A DNA stretch of 24,000 nucleotides from Methanoculleus sp. UBA430 (GTDB lineage: Archaea > Halobacteriota > Methanomicrobia > Methanomicrobiales > Methanoculleaceae): positions 70,385 to 94,384 of the forward strand of contig NZ_DAXW01000016.1 in NCBI RefSeq assembly GCF_002506585.1. The letters run 5' to 3'. Both the position numbers and the translations under genes were made by a program. How positions within the stretch are numbered: the first letter of the stretch is position 1; each line of letters begins with the position of its first letter. A model generated the notes under the pieces. That model was not told the origin of the DNA. It saw only the letters and a list, made by a program, of their open reading frames with translations, and ran no database searches. Shown one piece after another: positions 22,065 through 24,000 of this stretch.

Positions 22065-24000
22065 TCACTGGTATTCCGGCGGCTGGATCTCCTTCGGGAG
22101 CCCGCCCTTGAAGTGCTGCTGCACCTTCCCGTAATACTGCCGGAGCCGCTCGTTCATCGTCGCGTGCACCTTCTCCCGTGCCCGGTCAAAGTGCGTCTGG
22201 TTCACGACCGCGACGCCTTCGCGCATCGCGAGCATGGCCGCCTCCCGGCCGAGCGCCTCGAGGTCCGAGCCGACGAACCCCTCGGTATCGGTCGATACCT
22301 TCTTGAGGAGCCGGGCTCGTGCGGGATCGTCGAGGGTCACGCTCTGCTGGGCGAGGAGGTCGACGAGCTTCTTCCTCCGGAGATGGCTCCGGAGCCCTTC
22401 ATCTTCGTTTGCCTGAATCGCAGCGCGATGCTGCCTCAAATCTTCGACGTTCACCCGGCGGTTGGCCCCGACGGCGAGGATCAGGTCCTCGATCCCGTTC
22501 TCGGCGAGTCCCTCCGTCATCGCCACGAGGTCTTCGACGGTGGAGCCCTCGATCGGCATGTACCGGGTGTGAATGGCGAGGATCTTCTCCCGGTCTTCTC
22601 GTCCGGGCTCGCCGATGTAGACGAGCCGGTCGAACCGTCCGGGCCGGAGCAGCGCCGGGTCGACCATGTCGGGACGGTTGGTCGCTCCCATCACGACGAC
22701 GCCCCTGAGTTCCTCAAGGCCGTCGATCTCGGTCAGGATCTGGTTCAAGACACTCTCGATGACGTGCGACTCGGTCCCACCGCCCCGGGCAGGGGCGAGG
22801 GCGTCGAGTTCGTCGAAGAAGATGATGGACGGTGCCACCTGCCGGGCCTTTTTGAAGATCTCGCGGACCGCCCGCTCGCTCTCGCCCACCCACTTCGAGA
22901 GGAGTTGGGGACCCTTCACGGGCACGAAGTTCGCCCCGCTCTCGCTCGCGACCGCTTTTGCAATCAGGGTCTTTCCGGTCCCCGGGGGGCCGTAGAGGAG
23001 GACACCCTTCGGGGGCTCGATACCGAGATTCTCGAACCGCTCGCGCTCGGTGAGCGGGTACTCCACCGCCTCGCGGACATCCTGCTTTGCCTCTTCAAGC
23101 CCTCCCACATCTTCCCAGACGGTGTGCGGCACTTCGAGGAGGACCTCCCGCATGGCGCTCGGGCCCACGTCACGGAGGGCGTCGCGGAAGTCCCTGCCCT
23201 GCACCTCCATCTTCTCGAGGATCTCCGGCGGGATCTCCTCGGCCTCCAGGTCGATCTCCGGGAGGTAGCGCCGCAACGCCTTGATTGCCGCCTCTCGGGC
23301 GAGGGCGGCAAGGTCCGCCCCGACAAATCCGTGGGTCTGCTGGGCGATGGAGGAGATCGCCACGTCGTCCGCAAGCGGCATACCGCGGGTGTGGATGTGG
23401 AGTACCTGGGTCCGGTCGTCCTCTGAGGGGACTCCTATCTCGATCTCCCGGTCGAACCGGCCGGGCCGGCGGAGGGCGGGGTCGATGGCGTCGAGCCGGT
23501 TCGTGGCCCCGATCACCACGACCTGCCCCCGTTCCTCCAGTCCGTCCATCATCGTCAGGAGCTGGGCCACCACGCGCCGCTCGACCTCCCCGGTCACCTC
23601 TTCACGCCGGGGAGCGATCGAGTCGAGCTCGTCGATGAAGATGATGGCCGGCGCATGCTGCCGGGCGTCTTCAAAGACCTCACGGAGCCGCTGCTCGGAT
23701 TCACCGTAGTACTTCGAGATCACTTCCGGCCCCGCGATCGAGATGAAGTGTGCCCCGCTCTCGCTTGCGACCGCCTTCGCGATCAGGGTCTTCCCGGTTC
23801 CCGGCGGGCCGTAGAGGAGGACGCCCTTCGGGGGCTCGATCCCGAGCTTCCGGAAGATCTCCGGATGGCGCATGGGGAGCTCGATCGTCTCGCGGACACG
23901 CTGCAGTTCGCCCTTCAGGCCGCCGATGTCCTCGTAGCTGATCCTTTTGACGCCCTCAAACCCGGCCGCCGGCTTCTCGGAGAACTCGATCTTCGTGTTC
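22065..24000 (-). CDS. cdc48: CDC48/VCP-type AAA+ ATPase (tandem D1 and D2 domains); the N-terminal domain lies beyond the window edge
   Basis: The frame stays open upstream of the listed Met at 23873 as far as base 23999 ('...[30 protein letters not shown]'). There are two Walker A blocks '[25 protein letters not shown]', Walker B 'IIFIDELD' and 'IIFFDELD', and SRH 'ATNR...[12 protein letters not shown]' twice. Confidence 0.95.
   Translation of the reverse strand, partial: NTKIEFSEKPAAGFEGVKRISYEDIGGLKGELQRVRETIELPMRHPEIFRKLGIEPPKGVLLYGPPGTGKTLIAKAVASESGAHFISIAGPEVISKYYGESEQRLREVFEDARQHAPAIIFIDELDSIAPRREEVTGEVERRVVAQLLTMMDGLEERGQVVVIGATNRLDAIDPALRRPGRFDREIEIGVPSEDDRTQVLHIHTRGMPLADDVAISSIAQQTHGFVGADLAALAREAAIKALRRYLPEIDLEAEEIPPEILEKMEVQGRDFRDALRDVGPSAMREVLLEVPHTVWEDVGGLEEAKQDVREAVEYPLTERERFENLGIEPPKGVLLYGPPGTGKTLIAKAVASESGANFVPVKGPQLLSKWVGESERAVREIFKKARQVAPSIIFFDELDALAPARGGGTESHVIESVLNQILTEIDGLEELRGVVVMGATNRPDMVDPALLRPGRFDRLVYIGEPGREDREKILAIHTRYMPIEGSTVEDLVAMTEGLAENGIEDLILAVGANRRVNVEDLRQHRAAIQANEDEGLRSHLRRKKLVDLLAQQSVTLDDPARARLLKKVSTDTEGFVGSDLEALGREAAMLAMREGVAVVNQTHFDRAREKVHATMNERLRQYYGKVQQHFKGGLPKEIQPPEYQ

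Noticed and set aside
22113-23426. A 437-aa plus-strand ORF
   Set aside because: It is antisense to the clear CDC48 gene. It has no recognisable motifs and a biased Arg/Leu/Pro/Asp composition.
22932-23843. A near-identical repeat of about 90 nt (22932-23024 against 23751-23843)
   Set aside because: It is explained by the tandem D1/D2 AAA+ domains of CDC48, which share the 31-aa block '[31 protein letters not shown]'. It is not a mobile or regulatory repeat.
1-24000. CRISPR arrays, rRNA or tRNA genes
   Set aside because: Reading both strands by eye, I saw no regularly spaced direct repeats and no cloverleaf-compatible segment with GTTCRANYC-type T-loops. A tRNAscan, Infernal or CRISPR-finder run would be needed to be certain.

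Overview
This is a high-GC archaeal chromosomal segment. Sampled lines in most genes run about 65-72% GC by eye. The gene content (CofD for F420 synthesis, pyruvoyl arginine decarboxylase, archaeal-type AspRS, short MetE, CDC48, AcnX-UbiD-UbiX) suggests a methanogen of the Methanomicrobiales, possibly Methanoculleus-like; this is inference only. I can support about 24 protein-coding genes, one intact IS element, and a few small regulatory or repeat features. I saw no rRNA, tRNA or CRISPR array.

Gene order, left to right:
- a partial GltB-type FMN protein;
- a tight minus-strand operon HD-phosphohydrolase/UbiX/UbiD-like/AcnX (archaeal mevalonate pathway genes);
- a low-GC island of about 2.5 kb (5.35-7.9 kb) holding small unknown ORFs, a wHTH regulator and a methyltransferase;
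- two tandem CofD paralogs, the first with degenerate substrate-site motifs;
- a six-gene minus-strand operon 3xTusA-DsrE-IscS-IscU in which IscS lacks the PLP lysine;
- a 1038-bp IS5-like element with 15-bp inverted repeats and an 8-bp target duplication, inserted next to that operon's promoter;
- then pdaD, aspS, a metE-like gene, a KaiC-like protein without a Walker A motif, an acyl-CoA synthetase divergent from a GNAT, a secreted S41 peptidase, and a partial CDC48.

The best candidates for undescribed biology are the TusA/DsrE-to-ISC sulfur operon with its lysine-less IscS, the degenerate CofD paralog, and the low-GC island. Many long ORFs in the track are antisense shadows typical of high-GC DNA, and I rejected them. 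All homology calls rest on motif recognition by eye, not on database searches.
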